Shown here: positions 17,290 through 27,691 of the stretch, piece by piece
Position numbering within the stretch: the stretch's first letter is position 1
How the letters are laid out: each line of letters begins with the position of its first letter
Assembly: GCA_964617875.1 (NCBI GenBank)
Contig: CAZUAI010000006.1
Coordinates: 23,102 to 87,101, forward strand
DNA length: 64,000 bases
DNA from: an uncultured Planctomycetales bacterium
Lineage (GTDB): Bacteria; Planctomycetota; Phycisphaerae; UBA1845; PWPN01
Direction: 5' to 3'
Translations under genes and position numbers: made by a program
Notes under the pieces: model-generated
What the model saw: the letters and a program-made list of their open reading frames with translations, nothing else
What the model was told of the DNA's origin: nothing
Databases searched by the model: none

Positions 17290-18633
17290 ATGCCGGAACT
17301 GACGCCGCGACAGATCGTGGAGGCACTCGACAAGTACATCATCGGGCAGGATGATGCGAAGCGCGCCGTGGCCATCGCCGTCCGGAACCGCTGGCGGCGC
17401 CAGCAGCTCCCCGAGGGCCTCCGCGAGGATGTCGGGCCGAAGAACATCATCATGATGGGGCCGACCGGCGTCGGGAAGACGGAGATCGCGCGGCGGCTGG
17501 CGGCGCTGGTCAACGCCCCGTTCATCAAGGTCGAGGCGACGAAGTACACGGAGGTCGGCTACCACGGACGGGACGTCGAGAGCATGGTCCGCGACCTGCT
17601 CGACCTGGCGATTCACATGGTCCGTGCCGAGCAGACGGAGGTCGTCCGGGCCGAAGCGGAGCGTCAAACCGAGGAGCGGCTGCTCGACGCCATCGTCCCG
17701 GGCGGCGGAATCGACCGGAAGGAAAGCGCCGACGAAGGCGAGGCGGCCCAGCGTCGCCACCGGACGCGGGAGAAGTTCCGGGCGAAGCTGCAGGCCGGCG
17801 AACTGGACGACAGCCCGATCGACCTCGTCGTCGAGGACCGCCCGATGCCGCCGGGCCTCTTCGCCACGGTCGGCGTGGACCAGCTCGATCCGGAGCTGCA
17901 GAGCTTCTTCGAGCGGCTCGTCCCGAAGGAACCAAAGAGCCGCCGGGCCCCCGTCCGCGAGGCCCGAAAGATCATCTTTCAGCAGGAGTGCGACCGGCTC
18001 ATCGACCGCGAGAAAGTGACGGAGATGGCCATCCGCCGTACGGAGAACAGCGGCATCGTCTTCGTGGACGAGATCGACAAGATCGCCGGTCCGCAGTCGC
18101 TGCACGGCCCCGACGTCTCGCGCCAGGGCGTTCAGCGCGACCTGCTGCCGATCGTCGAGGGCTGCACGGTCAGCACGCGGCACGGGCCGGTCCGCACGGA
18201 CCACATCCTGTTCATCGCCGCGGGGGCGTTTCACGGGAGCAAGCCGTCGGACCTGATGCCCGAGCTGCAGGGGCGCTTTCCGATCCGCGTCGAGCTGAGC
18301 GACCTGACGAAGGACGACTTTGTCCGCATCCTGACCGAGCCCGAGAACGCCCTGACGAAGCAGCAGGTCGCACTGCTCGGCACGGAGGGCGTGGCCGTGA
18401 TGTTCGCGCCGGACGCGATCGACGCGATGGCCGACATCGCGCACCAGGTGAACCACCGCTCGCAGAACATCGGCGCCCGCCGTCTCTACACGATCATGGA
18501 GAAGGTGGTGGAGGACATTTCGTTCAACGCGCCGGACAAGGCCGGCCAGAAGATCACCATCGACGCCGCTTACGTCCGCAACCGCCTGGCGGACATCTGC
18601 AGGGACGAGGACCTGAGCAGGTTCATCCTGTAG
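17290..18633 (+). CDS. hslU: ATP-dependent protease ATPase subunit HslU
   Basis: MPELTPRQIVEALDKYIIGQDDAKRAVAIAVRNRWRR, Walker A MGPTGVGKTEIARRLA, Walker B IVFVDEIDKI, and the conserved C-terminus RRLYTIMEKVVEDISF. Confidence 0.92.
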   Translation: MPELTPRQIVEALDKYIIGQDDAKRAVAIAVRNRWRRQQLPEGLREDVGPKNIIMMGPTGVGKTEIARRLAALVNAPFIKVEATKYTEVGYHGRDVESMVRDLLDLAIHMVRAEQTEVVRAEAERQTEERLLDAIVPGGGIDRKESADEGEAAQRRHRTREKFRAKLQAGELDDSPIDLVVEDRPMPPGLFATVGVDQLDPELQSFFERLVPKEPKSRRAPVREARKIIFQQECDRLIDREKVTEMAIRRTENSGIVFVDEIDKIAGPQSLHGPDVSRQGVQRDLLPIVEGCTVSTRHGPVRTDHILFIAAGAFHGSKPSDLMPELQGRFPIRVELSDLTKDDFVRILTEPENALTKQQVALLGTEGVAVMFAPDAIDAMADIAHQVNHRSQNIGARRLYTIMEKVVEDISFNAPDKAGQKITIDAAYVRNRLADICRDEDLSRFIL

Positions 18634-18838
18634 AACCGACGAGACAGGGGCGGATGGCGAAAGGCGACCGCTCCCGCGGCGCGGCGCACACGACCCGTCG
18701 GAGGCGAGTGCCCGTCGCCCGCAGGCGACGATCATGGGGGGCGCTCAAGGCCCTGTCTGATCCGGTCGCCGTGTACACCCGCTTTCGGGGTCCGGCAAAG
18801 CCCCTTCGCGTGTGTCCGCCCGTTTCGGCCGAGGCGGA

Positions 18839-20173
18839 TCAGCCCCCGGCCGACTTCGCCGTCGTGGTCGTCGGCGCGGTTTCGCCGCCGGTCTCGATCG
18901 TGACAATGCAGGGGCAGCCTTCCGGCAAGCCGTAGCCGCCCTGGACCGCGACCAGATCGCCCGGCGACAGCCCCTTCGTAATCTGAACGCGCTCGCGGGT
19001 CTGCACACCCACGGCGACTTCGGTCTCGTACGCCTTGCTGTCCCTTACGACGGTGACGACCGGCGTTCCGTCGCGATCGGCGATTGCGGCGATGGGGATG
19101 ACCAGCGCGTCCGGAACGGCCGGAAGCCACACGCGAACCTGGCACGCGAGGCCCGGGCGCAGATCGCCGGTGTCGTTGGCCACGGAAGCGAAGGCCTCCA
19201 CGTTGCCGGTCTGCAGATCCGCCTGCTTGCTGAGGCGGCTGACGGTGCCCTTGAACACCCGGCCCGGCAAGGCCGTGGCGCGAACGTCTACGGATGCCCC
19301 GGCCCGCACACGGGACAGATGGGCGGCAGGAATCTGGACGCGGGCGAAGAGCGTGGACAGATCGGCGAGGGTTCCGAGCTTCGTGAGCGGATCGATGGAC
19401 ATTCCCTGCCGTGCGAAGAGTTCCGTGACCACCCCGTCGAAGGGGCTCGTCAACCGGTGAAGCTGTACCGTCAGGTCGGCCGACGCGAGGTCCGCCCGGA
19501 CGGCGGCCAGCTTGGCCTCGGCTTCCGCGATCTCCTCGGGTCGGGTGCCGGCCTCCAGCAACCTGAGCCGGGCGGCGAAGGCGGCGGATTCCGCCTCGGC
19601 CGCCTGGAGTTCGGCCTTCACGCGCTCGAACTGCACGTCCGCCATTTCCTGCTTCTCGTGCAGGGCCTTCATCGCGTCGATCTTCAGCCGCATGGCCTGG
19701 GTCACCGTCTCGGCCTTGCGGGCGTCCTGTCGGGCCGCCTCGATCTCTTCGGGCCGCGGCCCCCGTTTCAGACGGGCCAGAACCGACTGGGCCTCCTCGA
19801 CCGCCGCACGGGCCTTGGCCCGCTGGGCTTCGGCGATTCTGTCATCGAGCCGGAGGATCTCCTCCGTCTTGTGAACCGCCTGGCCCTCGACCACGGAAAC
19901 GGTCCGCACCTGCCCGGCCACCTGGGCGGTCAGGATGGCGACCCGCTCGGGTATCGCCTCCAATACCCCGACCAGATCGATCGAGGGCTGCAGGGTCTCG
20001 ACCGTGGCCGCGGCCGCGCGAACGGGCACCGGGGTTGCCGACGCGGCCTCTTCCGCCGATCCCTCCGTTTGCTTCTGCTTGCAGCCGGCAAGGCCGCCGA
20101 TCATGACGGCCAGAAGCAGACTCAGGAGGCGAACGCCGACCTGGCGAAACGACGACTTCACGTGCTCATTCAT
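18839..20173 (-). CDS. efflux RND periplasmic adaptor (MFP)
   Basis: ATG 20173-20171 overlaps the RND stop (ATGA). Lipoprotein-like N-terminus (LLAVMIGGLAGC), a coiled-coil hairpin and beta-barrel motifs (LTSPFDGVVTEL). Confidence 0.85.
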   Translation of the reverse strand: MNEHVKSSFRQVGVRLLSLLLAVMIGGLAGCKQKQTEGSAEEAASATPVPVRAAAATVETLQPSIDLVGVLEAIPERVAILTAQVAGQVRTVSVVEGQAVHKTEEILRLDDRIAEAQRAKARAAVEEAQSVLARLKRGPRPEEIEAARQDARKAETVTQAMRLKIDAMKALHEKQEMADVQFERVKAELQAAEAESAAFAARLRLLEAGTRPEEIAEAEAKLAAVRADLASADLTVQLHRLTSPFDGVVTELFARQGMSIDPLTKLGTLADLSTLFARVQIPAAHLSRVRAGASVDVRATALPGRVFKGTVSRLSKQADLQTGNVEAFASVANDTGDLRPGLACQVRVWLPAVPDALVIPIAAIADRDGTPVVTVVRDSKAYETEVAVGVQTRERVQITKGLSPGDLVAVQGGYGLPEGCPCIVTIETGGETAPTTTTAKSAGG

Positions 20174-23100
20174 TGCTTGCTCCAGGGCATTCCACTGCGG
20201 GGTTCCGCATGGGCGGCCGCCACCGACATGCCGGCGGCGGCCGGCGATCCGGCCCGCCCGAACAGCCTCGTGGCGATGTAGTAGAACACGGGCGTGGCGA
20301 CCAACGAAAGGGCCAACGATATACACAACGCGCCGATGACGCCGACGGCGAGCGGTTGAAGCATCTGGGCTCCCGTGCCCACGCCATACGCCAACGGCAA
20401 CAGACCCAGGAATGTGGTCATCGAAGTCATGAGAACCGGCCGGAGGCGGCGCCGCCCCGACTGCACAAGGGCTTCGGAAAGCGGCAGGCCGCGCGCCCTG
20501 AGATGCTCGACGAAGTCCAGCATCAGGATTCCGTTCTTGGCGACGATGCCGACCCCGATGATCGCTCCGAGGAACGACACGATATTGAAGGAGATGCCGG
20601 TGATCCACAGGGCCGCGGTGACGCCCGAGAGAGCGAGAACCGCTCCGGCCACGATCGCCAGGGGCTGAATGATGGAGCGGAACTCGAGGAGCAATACCGC
20701 ATACACGAGCAGGACCGCCACGATGAGCACGATGGTCAGGTTCCGGAAGGACTCCTGCTGCTGCTGGTACAGGCCCCCGTATTCGATGGAGGCGTCGGAT
20801 GGAAGCTTCAGTGTCTCGGCCAGCCGGGCCCTGATCGCCGCCACGCCGCTGCCGAGATCCCGACCGGCAAAGCGGGCCGAGACCGCCGTGCACTGCCGCA
20901 GGTCTTCGCGGCGCATTTCGAGCAGCCCGGGGTGGTGGCTGACATCCGCCACATCGCCCAGCGTCACGCGCGCGCCGTTGGGCGACCGGATCGGAAGAAG
21001 GCTGATCGCCGCTTCGCGGTCCTGGCCCTCGCGTGCGAGCAGGACCCGAATGCCCAGCGTGCGGTCGCCCTGCAGTGCGTAGGAAGAGACCGTGCCCAGC
21101 AGTCCGGTTTCGATCGCGGCGCCGATCTGATCCACCGTGAGGCCCGCGCGGGCCGCTTCTTCGTTACGAACCCGGAAGCTCAGTGACGGACCGGCGACCA
21201 CCAGTCCGTTGTTGACATCGACGATGCCCGGGATCTTTTCGATGGTCTCCGCGATCTCGGCCGCTTTCTGTTTCACGAGGGCGGTATTGGTCGAGAATAT
21301 CTTGATCTCGATCGGCTTGGGCGACCAGGTCAGGTCACCGATCAGGTCGCTGAGCACGCCGGGGAACTCTGTGTGGAGCGCCGGCTCGGCCGCCTGGATC
21401 TTCCCGCGAAGCTCGTCGATCACCTCTTCCGTGCTGCGTTTCCGGTCCGGCCGCAGCTTCACCAGGAAGTCCCCGGTGTTCGGCTCGGCGATCGCCAGGG
21501 CCAGACGGGCACCCGTGCGCCGCGAGAAGCTCTCGACCTCGGGGGCGCCGGCAAGGATCTGCTCCACGTGACGCAGCATCCGGTCGGTTTCGGAGAGGCT
21601 TGTTCCCGGCCGGGAGAAGTAGTCCAGCACGAACGCCCCCTCGTCCTGTTTCGGCAGGAAATCGGTTTCGACCTGGAAGTACAGGGCGATTCCGCCGGCA
21701 ATGACCAGGACGATCACCGCAATCGAGACGCCCGGATGACGGAGCGCGCGGCGGACGGTCCATTCGTACCCGCCAATCAGCCTCCGGAGGATGGGCCCTC
21801 CCTGTTCGAGTTCGTCCTGCGTGGGACCGGAACGGGGTCGAATCAGCAGCGCCGCCAGCGTGGGCGTCAGCGTGACGGCGAGCAGGAGCGACCCGAGCAG
21901 CGAGATCACCATGGTCATGGCGAGCGCCCGGAAGAACACGCCCGGCACGCCGTCCAGATAGGCCAGCGGGATGAAGACCACGACGGGGGTAAGCGTGCTG
22001 CCGATGAGCGGCAGGCCGAGTTCATGAATGGCGACACGGACGGCCTGGCGTGGCGGAATGCCTGCGCAGATCTTCGCATGGATGGTCTCCACGACGACGA
22101 TGGCGTCGTCGATGACCAGCCCGACCGCCGCGGCAATGCCGCCCAGGGTCATGAGGTTGAAGCTCATCCGGAAGATCCGCATGCCCACCAGGGCCATCAG
22201 GATCGTCACGGGAATGGCCAGGGCGGTCACCACGGTCGTCGCGGTGTTCCGAAGGAACAGGTACAGCACGATGATCGAGAGCGCCAGGCCGAAGATGATG
22301 CTCTCCCAGACGCTGCCGACGGCCTCCCGGACGAAGAGCGACTGATCGTAGAAGAAGGCCATCCGCATGTCCGGCGGCAGATCACGCTTCAGCGCCCGCA
22401 TTTCGTCCTTCAGGGCGTCGGCGATGGCCACGGTGTTGCCGTCGGGCTGGCTGCGGATGTTCAGCAGGACGGCGGCCACGCCGTCGGCCGTGACGATGTT
22501 GAACTGGGGAGCCGCCCCGGCCCGAACGGTGGCAACGTCGCGGACGCGAACCGGCGACGCTCCCGCCGACGTGACGACGACATCGCCGATCTCCTCCGGC
22601 GTACTGACCCGGCCATCGACCAGTGTCAGGTAGAGCTGATGCTTCTCTTCGTGCAACCCGGCCGCGGTGAACTTGTTGGTCCTGGCCAGCGCGTCGCTGA
22701 CCTGCTCCAGGCTGAGGTGGTAGGCCTCCAGCCGCGCGGGGTCCACAACCACGTGGTATTCGGGCTCACGGCCTCCCACCAGATCCACGCGTGCCACGCC
22801 CCGGATTCGCAGGAAGCGCGGCTTGATCTGGTAGCGCGCCGCCTCCCACAAGTCCGTGATGCTTCGGGTCTTGCTCGTGAGACTGATGCCGATGATCGGA
22901 AACGCCGAGAACGTCAGGCGATGCACCGTGGTTTCGGCGGTTGCCGGCAAGGTGCTGCGGATCTGGGACAGGCGGCTCAACACATACAACTCCGCCTGGA
23001 TCATGTCGGTTCGCCAGGTGAAGAACACGTTGACTTCGGCGGAGCCGCGTCCGGTCGAGGATCGGATGTTGACCGCGCCGGGGATGTCCTTCATGGCCTC

Positions 23101-23361
23101 TTCGATCGGCCGCGTGATCGTCGCCATCATTTCGTCGGCCGGCATGACGCCGTTGTCGATCAGGATGACCACCCGCGGGAAGTCCGTCTGGGGAAACACC
23201 GAGGAGGGCATCCGGTACGCGCAGTAGGCGCCGCCAAGGCACAAGACGATCGTCAGGAAGAGGATGGCCTTGCGATGCCGCACGACGAAACCATCGTCGG
23301 CCGGCGCCGGAACATGCCCTTTGTCGGTCACGCCATGTTGGGAAGTACTCTGTCCTGTCAC
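20170..23361 (-). CDS. RND efflux permease (AcrB/CzcA superfamily)
   Basis: 1063 aa with 12-TM plus two large periplasmic loops. TM4 motif GLVIDDAIVVVE. GTG start. Confidence 0.9.
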   Translation of the reverse strand: MTGQSTSQHGVTDKGHVPAPADDGFVVRHRKAILFLTIVLCLGGAYCAYRMPSSVFPQTDFPRVVILIDNGVMPADEMMATITRPIEEAMKDIPGAVNIRSSTGRGSAEVNVFFTWRTDMIQAELYVLSRLSQIRSTLPATAETTVHRLTFSAFPIIGISLTSKTRSITDLWEAARYQIKPRFLRIRGVARVDLVGGREPEYHVVVDPARLEAYHLSLEQVSDALARTNKFTAAGLHEEKHQLYLTLVDGRVSTPEEIGDVVVTSAGASPVRVRDVATVRAGAAPQFNIVTADGVAAVLLNIRSQPDGNTVAIADALKDEMRALKRDLPPDMRMAFFYDQSLFVREAVGSVWESIIFGLALSIIVLYLFLRNTATTVVTALAIPVTILMALVGMRIFRMSFNLMTLGGIAAAVGLVIDDAIVVVETIHAKICAGIPPRQAVRVAIHELGLPLIGSTLTPVVVFIPLAYLDGVPGVFFRALAMTMVISLLGSLLLAVTLTPTLAALLIRPRSGPTQDELEQGGPILRRLIGGYEWTVRRALRHPGVSIAVIVLVIAGGIALYFQVETDFLPKQDEGAFVLDYFSRPGTSLSETDRMLRHVEQILAGAPEVESFSRRTGARLALAIAEPNTGDFLVKLRPDRKRSTEEVIDELRGKIQAAEPALHTEFPGVLSDLIGDLTWSPKPIEIKIFSTNTALVKQKAAEIAETIEKIPGIVDVNNGLVVAGPSLSFRVRNEEAARAGLTVDQIGAAIETGLLGTVSSYALQGDRTLGIRVLLAREGQDREAAISLLPIRSPNGARVTLGDVADVSHHPGLLEMRREDLRQCTAVSARFAGRDLGSGVAAIRARLAETLKLPSDASIEYGGLYQQQQESFRNLTIVLIVAVLLVYAVLLLEFRSIIQPLAIVAGAVLALSGVTAALWITGISFNIVSFLGAIIGVGIVAKNGILMLDFVEHLRARGLPLSEALVQSGRRRLRPVLMTSMTTFLGLLPLAYGVGTGAQMLQPLAVGVIGALCISLALSLVATPVFYYIATRLFGRAGSPAAAGMSVAAAHAEPRSGMPWSKQ

Positions 23362-23373
23362 GGATCACCGGCC

Positions 23374-23553
23374 TCAAAAAAAGTACGCCGCCAGAACCTG
23401 CCGCGCGAAGTCGCCGGCGAACACGACCAGCGATTGGGCCGTCGAATCCAGAGACAGCTGCGCCGCCTCTTCCTGACAGCCGACCAGCCCCGGCAATGCG
23501 ACCGCACAACCCATCATCGCCAGGCGATACCAATGGTGATGAGTCCTCTTCAT
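23374..23553 (-). CDS. small lipoprotein (59 aa) inside the efflux operon
   Basis: ATG 23553-23551 overlaps the OMF stop (ATGA). MKRTHHHWYRLAMMGCAVALPGLVGC gives a signal peptide with lipobox LVGC. Its stop lies 12 nt before the RND start. Confidence 0.5.
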   Translation of the reverse strand: MKRTHHHWYRLAMMGCAVALPGLVGCQEEAAQLSLDSTAQSLVVFAGDFARQVLAAYFF

Positions 23554-25130
23554 GGCTGGTTCCCGTCTCCTTCTGACCGTGTGGCCGGAGCCGAAGTCGG
23601 TTGCGTGGCCGACATCGGGGGCAGACGGCCGCCGACGGCTCGCTCCAGCTCGGCCATCGCAATGGCGTAATCGCGCCACACCCCGACATAGGCCTGGCGC
23701 TGAACGATCAGCGACTTCTGGGCGTCAATCAGTACGAGGATGTCCTTCTCGCCGGCCCGATACGTCCGCCGGGCGGATTCCACGTTTTCGTCGGCCTGAG
23801 GCAACGCCTGATCCCGATAGAACCGCACCTGTTCGTCGGCGATTCGTGCGACGATGATGGCGTCCTGAACCTGCCGCGCGACGGAGTCCAGCAGCGTTTC
23901 GTAGTCCTTGCGTTGCTGCTCCGCCTTGTACCCGGCCCTGGCGATCTGCGCCTGATTCTGGTCCCAGATCGGGAGCGTGATCTGCAGGGAAGGACCGAGC
24001 AGCGAATCCACAATCGCCCGCCGCTCCGCATCGCGCTGGGCCCTGGACTGAATGGATGGCGCGGTGAGCCGGCCGTTCGCCACGGACTCCCGGGCCGTGT
24101 CGGCGAGGACGTTGCGCCCCGGCAGCGCCTTGCGGTCGGGCCGCTCCCACTCCACGCCCGCCGCCACGCTGGGAAAAACCTTGAGATACTGCTGCCGGAC
24201 TTCATCTTCCGCGGCCTGGACCCGCAGTGCGGCAGCGCGGGCATCCAGCCGTTCGGTCATGGCGAAGAGGAGCAAGGCCCGCTCGTCCTGGCCAAGCGGA
24301 AACGCCGTCGGCAGATTGTCTCGCAGGGTCCACGGCTTCTCCCAACGGCTCAAGCCCAGCGTGTTCGCGAGGGCTGTTTCGGCCAGGCGCCGCTGCCGTT
24401 GAACGTCCATCTGCTGCAGCCTGGTTTCCAGCAGACTTGTCCGTACGAGGTTGACATCGAGCTTGCCGGTCTCGCCGGCGTTGAACCGATCCTGGGCGAG
24501 CTGGAGCGACTTTTCCACCAGGGCGACGTTCTCGTTCGCAATCGCCTCCGCCTGCTGAAGCGCCAGAAGCCGGTAGGTCTGGGACTTGGTGTCCGCCGCC
24601 AGGTCCACGGCCTGCTGCACGACCTTCAGGATCGTCTGCTCCAACTGTGCTTCGGCGATCTTCTTGCGGACCGGGATCTGCCAGAGGTCCACCAGTTCCT
24701 GCCCGAAACCCATGGTCAGCTTTGTCCGCCCGCCCCCTTCGGGAAACTGAGCCACGAGCGAGAACGATGGATTGGTCAGCAGGCCCGCCTGAACCAGGTC
24801 GGCGCGGGATGCGCCGATTTCCTGAAAGGCGGACTGCAGCGCGGGGCTCTTCAGCAGGGCCAGTCGGACGGCTTCATCGACGGTCAGCCCGTCGGCCAGC
24901 AGTGCGTCCAGCTTGTCCTTCACAAGGGCGTCGGCCGAGGGTTCGTACACGTCGGGCGTGCCCGTCCGCTCCGTGACCGACTGCGACGCCCGGCGGAAAT
25001 CCTGCGCGGGATCAACGGCCGCGCAGCCGATGGCCAGCATGGGAATGGAGATCGTGCAGACGGCAACGAGCGCGATCCGGCCGGCGCCGGGACGATTCTT
25101 CAATGTCCTAATCATGGTTGGCGCGATCAA
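23550..25130 (-). CDS. TolC-family outer-membrane efflux protein
   Basis: Signal/lipobox-like N-terminus (MLAIGCAAV) and two tandem OEP-type helical repeats. An alternative start lies at 25115. Confidence 0.85.
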   Translation of the reverse strand: MIAPTMIRTLKNRPGAGRIALVAVCTISIPMLAIGCAAVDPAQDFRRASQSVTERTGTPDVYEPSADALVKDKLDALLADGLTVDEAVRLALLKSPALQSAFQEIGASRADLVQAGLLTNPSFSLVAQFPEGGGRTKLTMGFGQELVDLWQIPVRKKIAEAQLEQTILKVVQQAVDLAADTKSQTYRLLALQQAEAIANENVALVEKSLQLAQDRFNAGETGKLDVNLVRTSLLETRLQQMDVQRQRRLAETALANTLGLSRWEKPWTLRDNLPTAFPLGQDERALLLFAMTERLDARAAALRVQAAEDEVRQQYLKVFPSVAAGVEWERPDRKALPGRNVLADTARESVANGRLTAPSIQSRAQRDAERRAIVDSLLGPSLQITLPIWDQNQAQIARAGYKAEQQRKDYETLLDSVARQVQDAIIVARIADEQVRFYRDQALPQADENVESARRTYRAGEKDILVLIDAQKSLIVQRQAYVGVWRDYAIAMAELERAVGGRLPPMSATQPTSAPATRSEGDGNQP

Positions 25131-26343
25131 CTCGTCCTCCTGCCAGATACAGCATGAAGCCTGCTCCGGCGATCATCAGAACCAAGGCGTACATGACGCC
25201 GAACTTGATGCCGAAGACCGTCCACAGCCAGCCCACCAGGATGCTGCTGATCAGATCGCCCATGCCGGTCACCACGGCCAGCGCCCCGAACCCGCTGCCC
25301 CGGATGCTTGCGGGCAGGAGTTCGGCCGCGACGGCGTCCTCGACGGCCTCATACAGGCCGACGCCGGTGCCGCCGAGCGCGAACATGAGCGCCAGGCCGA
25401 TGTAGCTGTCGACGCCCGCCATCATGCAGACGGCCGCCAGGGCCGCGGCCAGATAACCGGCCACGAGAAGCATCCGCTTGTTCGTGCGATCCGCCATCCA
25501 TCCGCCGAGGTACGACCACGAGGCGTACAGCACGTTGTGCAGCGTGTAACCGGCCACGGAGAGGGTGGCGGCTTCGGCGGGTCCGATCCTGGGGGAAAGA
25601 ACCGTCACCGTATACAGGATGTAGAAGGTGTCGGCAAAATCGCCCAGGCCGAACAGGCCGACGGCGCCGAGGAACTCCTTGAATCGTGAGCCGAAGCCAC
25701 CGAAGCTCTTGAGGAAAGGGGTGCTGACCGGCGTGCGGTCGGTCCGCTCGCGGACGAGGAATGCGATCGCGAGGACCGCCACGATCGCCGGGAAGACGGA
25801 AAGCAGGATTACGCTGCGATGAGTGAGCCCCGCTCGCAAGAGGAACAGGACGGCCACCGGCGCCGCGATGGCACCGGTCGTATCCATCGCCCGCTCCAGC
25901 CCGAAGGCCCGGCCGTAGGTGGCCGGCGTCACGGCGTCGGCGAGCAACGCCTTTCGCGCCGGGGTGCGCAGGCCGCGTGAGACCCACGCCAGGACCCGGC
26001 CGCCCAGCACCACGAACCAGTTGCCTGCCAGGGCGATCACCACCGGGGAGAACGCCATGAAGCCGTAACCGCCGGCACAGAGGACCTTCCGGCGGCGGAG
26101 CCGATCCGCCAGCCAGCCGCCGTAGAGTTTCGCGAGGCTCGAGAAGCCGTCGGCGAAGCCCTCGATCGTCCCCAGGGCCCCGGCGGCAGCGCCCATGGAG
26201 GCCAGGAAGGCCGGCAGCGTGGACGTCACAGCCTCATGGCTCATGTCGCTGAACAGCGACGCAAGGCCGATGCCCACGACAGTCCGATTCAGCCAATGTA
26301 TGCCGGAACCGCGCGCCGTCCTGTCAGCGGCTGGATGACTCAT
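25108..26343 (-). CDS. MFS transporter
   Basis: ATG 26343-26341 overlaps the upstream stop (ATGA). 12 TM helices and an MFS motif-A-like GWLADRLRRRK. Confidence 0.8.
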   Translation of the reverse strand: MSHPAADRTARGSGIHWLNRTVVGIGLASLFSDMSHEAVTSTLPAFLASMGAAAGALGTIEGFADGFSSLAKLYGGWLADRLRRRKVLCAGGYGFMAFSPVVIALAGNWFVVLGGRVLAWVSRGLRTPARKALLADAVTPATYGRAFGLERAMDTTGAIAAPVAVLFLLRAGLTHRSVILLSVFPAIVAVLAIAFLVRERTDRTPVSTPFLKSFGGFGSRFKEFLGAVGLFGLGDFADTFYILYTVTVLSPRIGPAEAATLSVAGYTLHNVLYASWSYLGGWMADRTNKRMLLVAGYLAAALAAVCMMAGVDSYIGLALMFALGGTGVGLYEAVEDAVAAELLPASIRGSGFGALAVVTGMGDLISSILVGWLWTVFGIKFGVMYALVLMIAGAGFMLYLAGGRVDRANHD

Positions 26344-27614
26344 TTGCGTTGTATTGGATCGGGTCGCGGACATGAGGGCAAGGCGGCCTCCGCTTCCTCC
26401 ACGCGCAGCCATCCCGCGTGCAGGCACCACGCCATCGTCAGCCCCATGACAAACCCAAGGGCCACGTTGTTCAACGCCAGGCAGGCGGCGGCGGTCAGCA
26501 GCATGGCGAACGCATCGGTCCGGCGGGTCTGATCGCGACACACGAGCGAAAGCTCCATGCCGCTGAATGCCAGCATGACCCCGAGAATGCTGGCGGGGAA
26601 GGCACTGCACAGGGTCATGAGCGATGCGCCGACGAGTATGGCAAGGGTGATCTTCACGGCGCCAAGGAACAGGATTGCACCGTTGGTTCGTGCTCCAAAC
26701 CGATACTGTCCGGCCAGTCCGCCGGCTCCGTGGCACATCGGCATGCCGCCAAACCAGCAGGCCACGAGATTCATGATGCCCACGGAAACGGCGACCTTGC
26801 GCGGCGCGGCCTGTCGTCCCGGGAACAGGTCCGCCGACAAGGCGGTTACCGCGATGACCGAGTTCAACGTCGTGAGGGGAATCTGCGGCAGGGCGACCTT
26901 CGGAAAGGCCGCGACGAAGTCCGCCCGGGCCGGCGGTTGCCAACCCGGCCATGTGAAACCGATGCCGAGCGACCCCAACACCTCCGGATGTGTCCATATC
27001 GCGACGGCCAGGCCCGCCGCAAACAGGAGAAGCGCCGCCGGGATCGTTCGCGAGAAGAAGAGCAGGAGGACCAGCAGCGCGGCCAGCAGGCCCGTCAGGC
27101 AGCTATCACCCGCGAACCACGTGCCGGTGCCGGCGACCATCTGGATGCCCTTGATCATCAGCGACAGGCCCAGCGCGAGCTGCAAGCCGCGGACTACGCT
27201 GCGGGGCACGACCCGGTTCAGCCAGTCGATCAGCCCGGTCAGCCCGAGCAGCAGCACCACCAGGCTGACTGTCGCGCCGGCGGCCAGGATCTGCGGCACG
27301 GTCAGCCCCTGGGTGATCGCCACGGTTGCGATGGCCTTCATGGGCTGCACGGCCATCGGGATGCTGAAGGTCAGGCCGGTGACGACGTTAAACAACCCGG
27401 AGAAGAACAACGCCGAGGCGAAGTTGAGCCCGTTCTGCGCCGCCATGCCGACAAGCAGCGGCAGGAACGTGCCCAGGTCGCCGAGGCTGCCGGCAATCTC
27501 ATGCCGGTCGATTCGCGCGCACCCCAACGGCTGGAGAAACCGCGGCCATCCGGGCCGCGCCGTCTCAATCGCCGCGCGGGCCTCTACCGCACTGGACAAG
27601 AAGGCTGCCGCCAT
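26340..27614 (-). CDS. MOT1/SulP-related putative sulfate/molybdate-type anion transporter
   Basis: LGDLGTFLPLLVGMAAQNGLNFASALFFSGLFNVVTGLTFSIPMAVQPMKAIA is typical of the molybdate-transporter (MFS_MOT1) family. Polytopic membrane protein. First ATG at 27614. Confidence 0.7.
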   Translation of the reverse strand: MAAAFLSSAVEARAAIETARPGWPRFLQPLGCARIDRHEIAGSLGDLGTFLPLLVGMAAQNGLNFASALFFSGLFNVVTGLTFSIPMAVQPMKAIATVAITQGLTVPQILAAGATVSLVVLLLGLTGLIDWLNRVVPRSVVRGLQLALGLSLMIKGIQMVAGTGTWFAGDSCLTGLLAALLVLLLFFSRTIPAALLLFAAGLAVAIWTHPEVLGSLGIGFTWPGWQPPARADFVAAFPKVALPQIPLTTLNSVIAVTALSADLFPGRQAAPRKVAVSVGIMNLVACWFGGMPMCHGAGGLAGQYRFGARTNGAILFLGAVKITLAILVGASLMTLCSAFPASILGVMLAFSGMELSLVCRDQTRRTDAFAMLLTAAACLALNNVALGFVMGLTMAWCLHAGWLRVEEAEAALPSCPRPDPIQRK

Positions 27615-27691
27615 GACACCGCAGCCAGTCCACGACAAGCCTGCTCAACGTCGCCGCAATCACGGCCGCTCCGGGGGCTTGTCCGTCCCCG

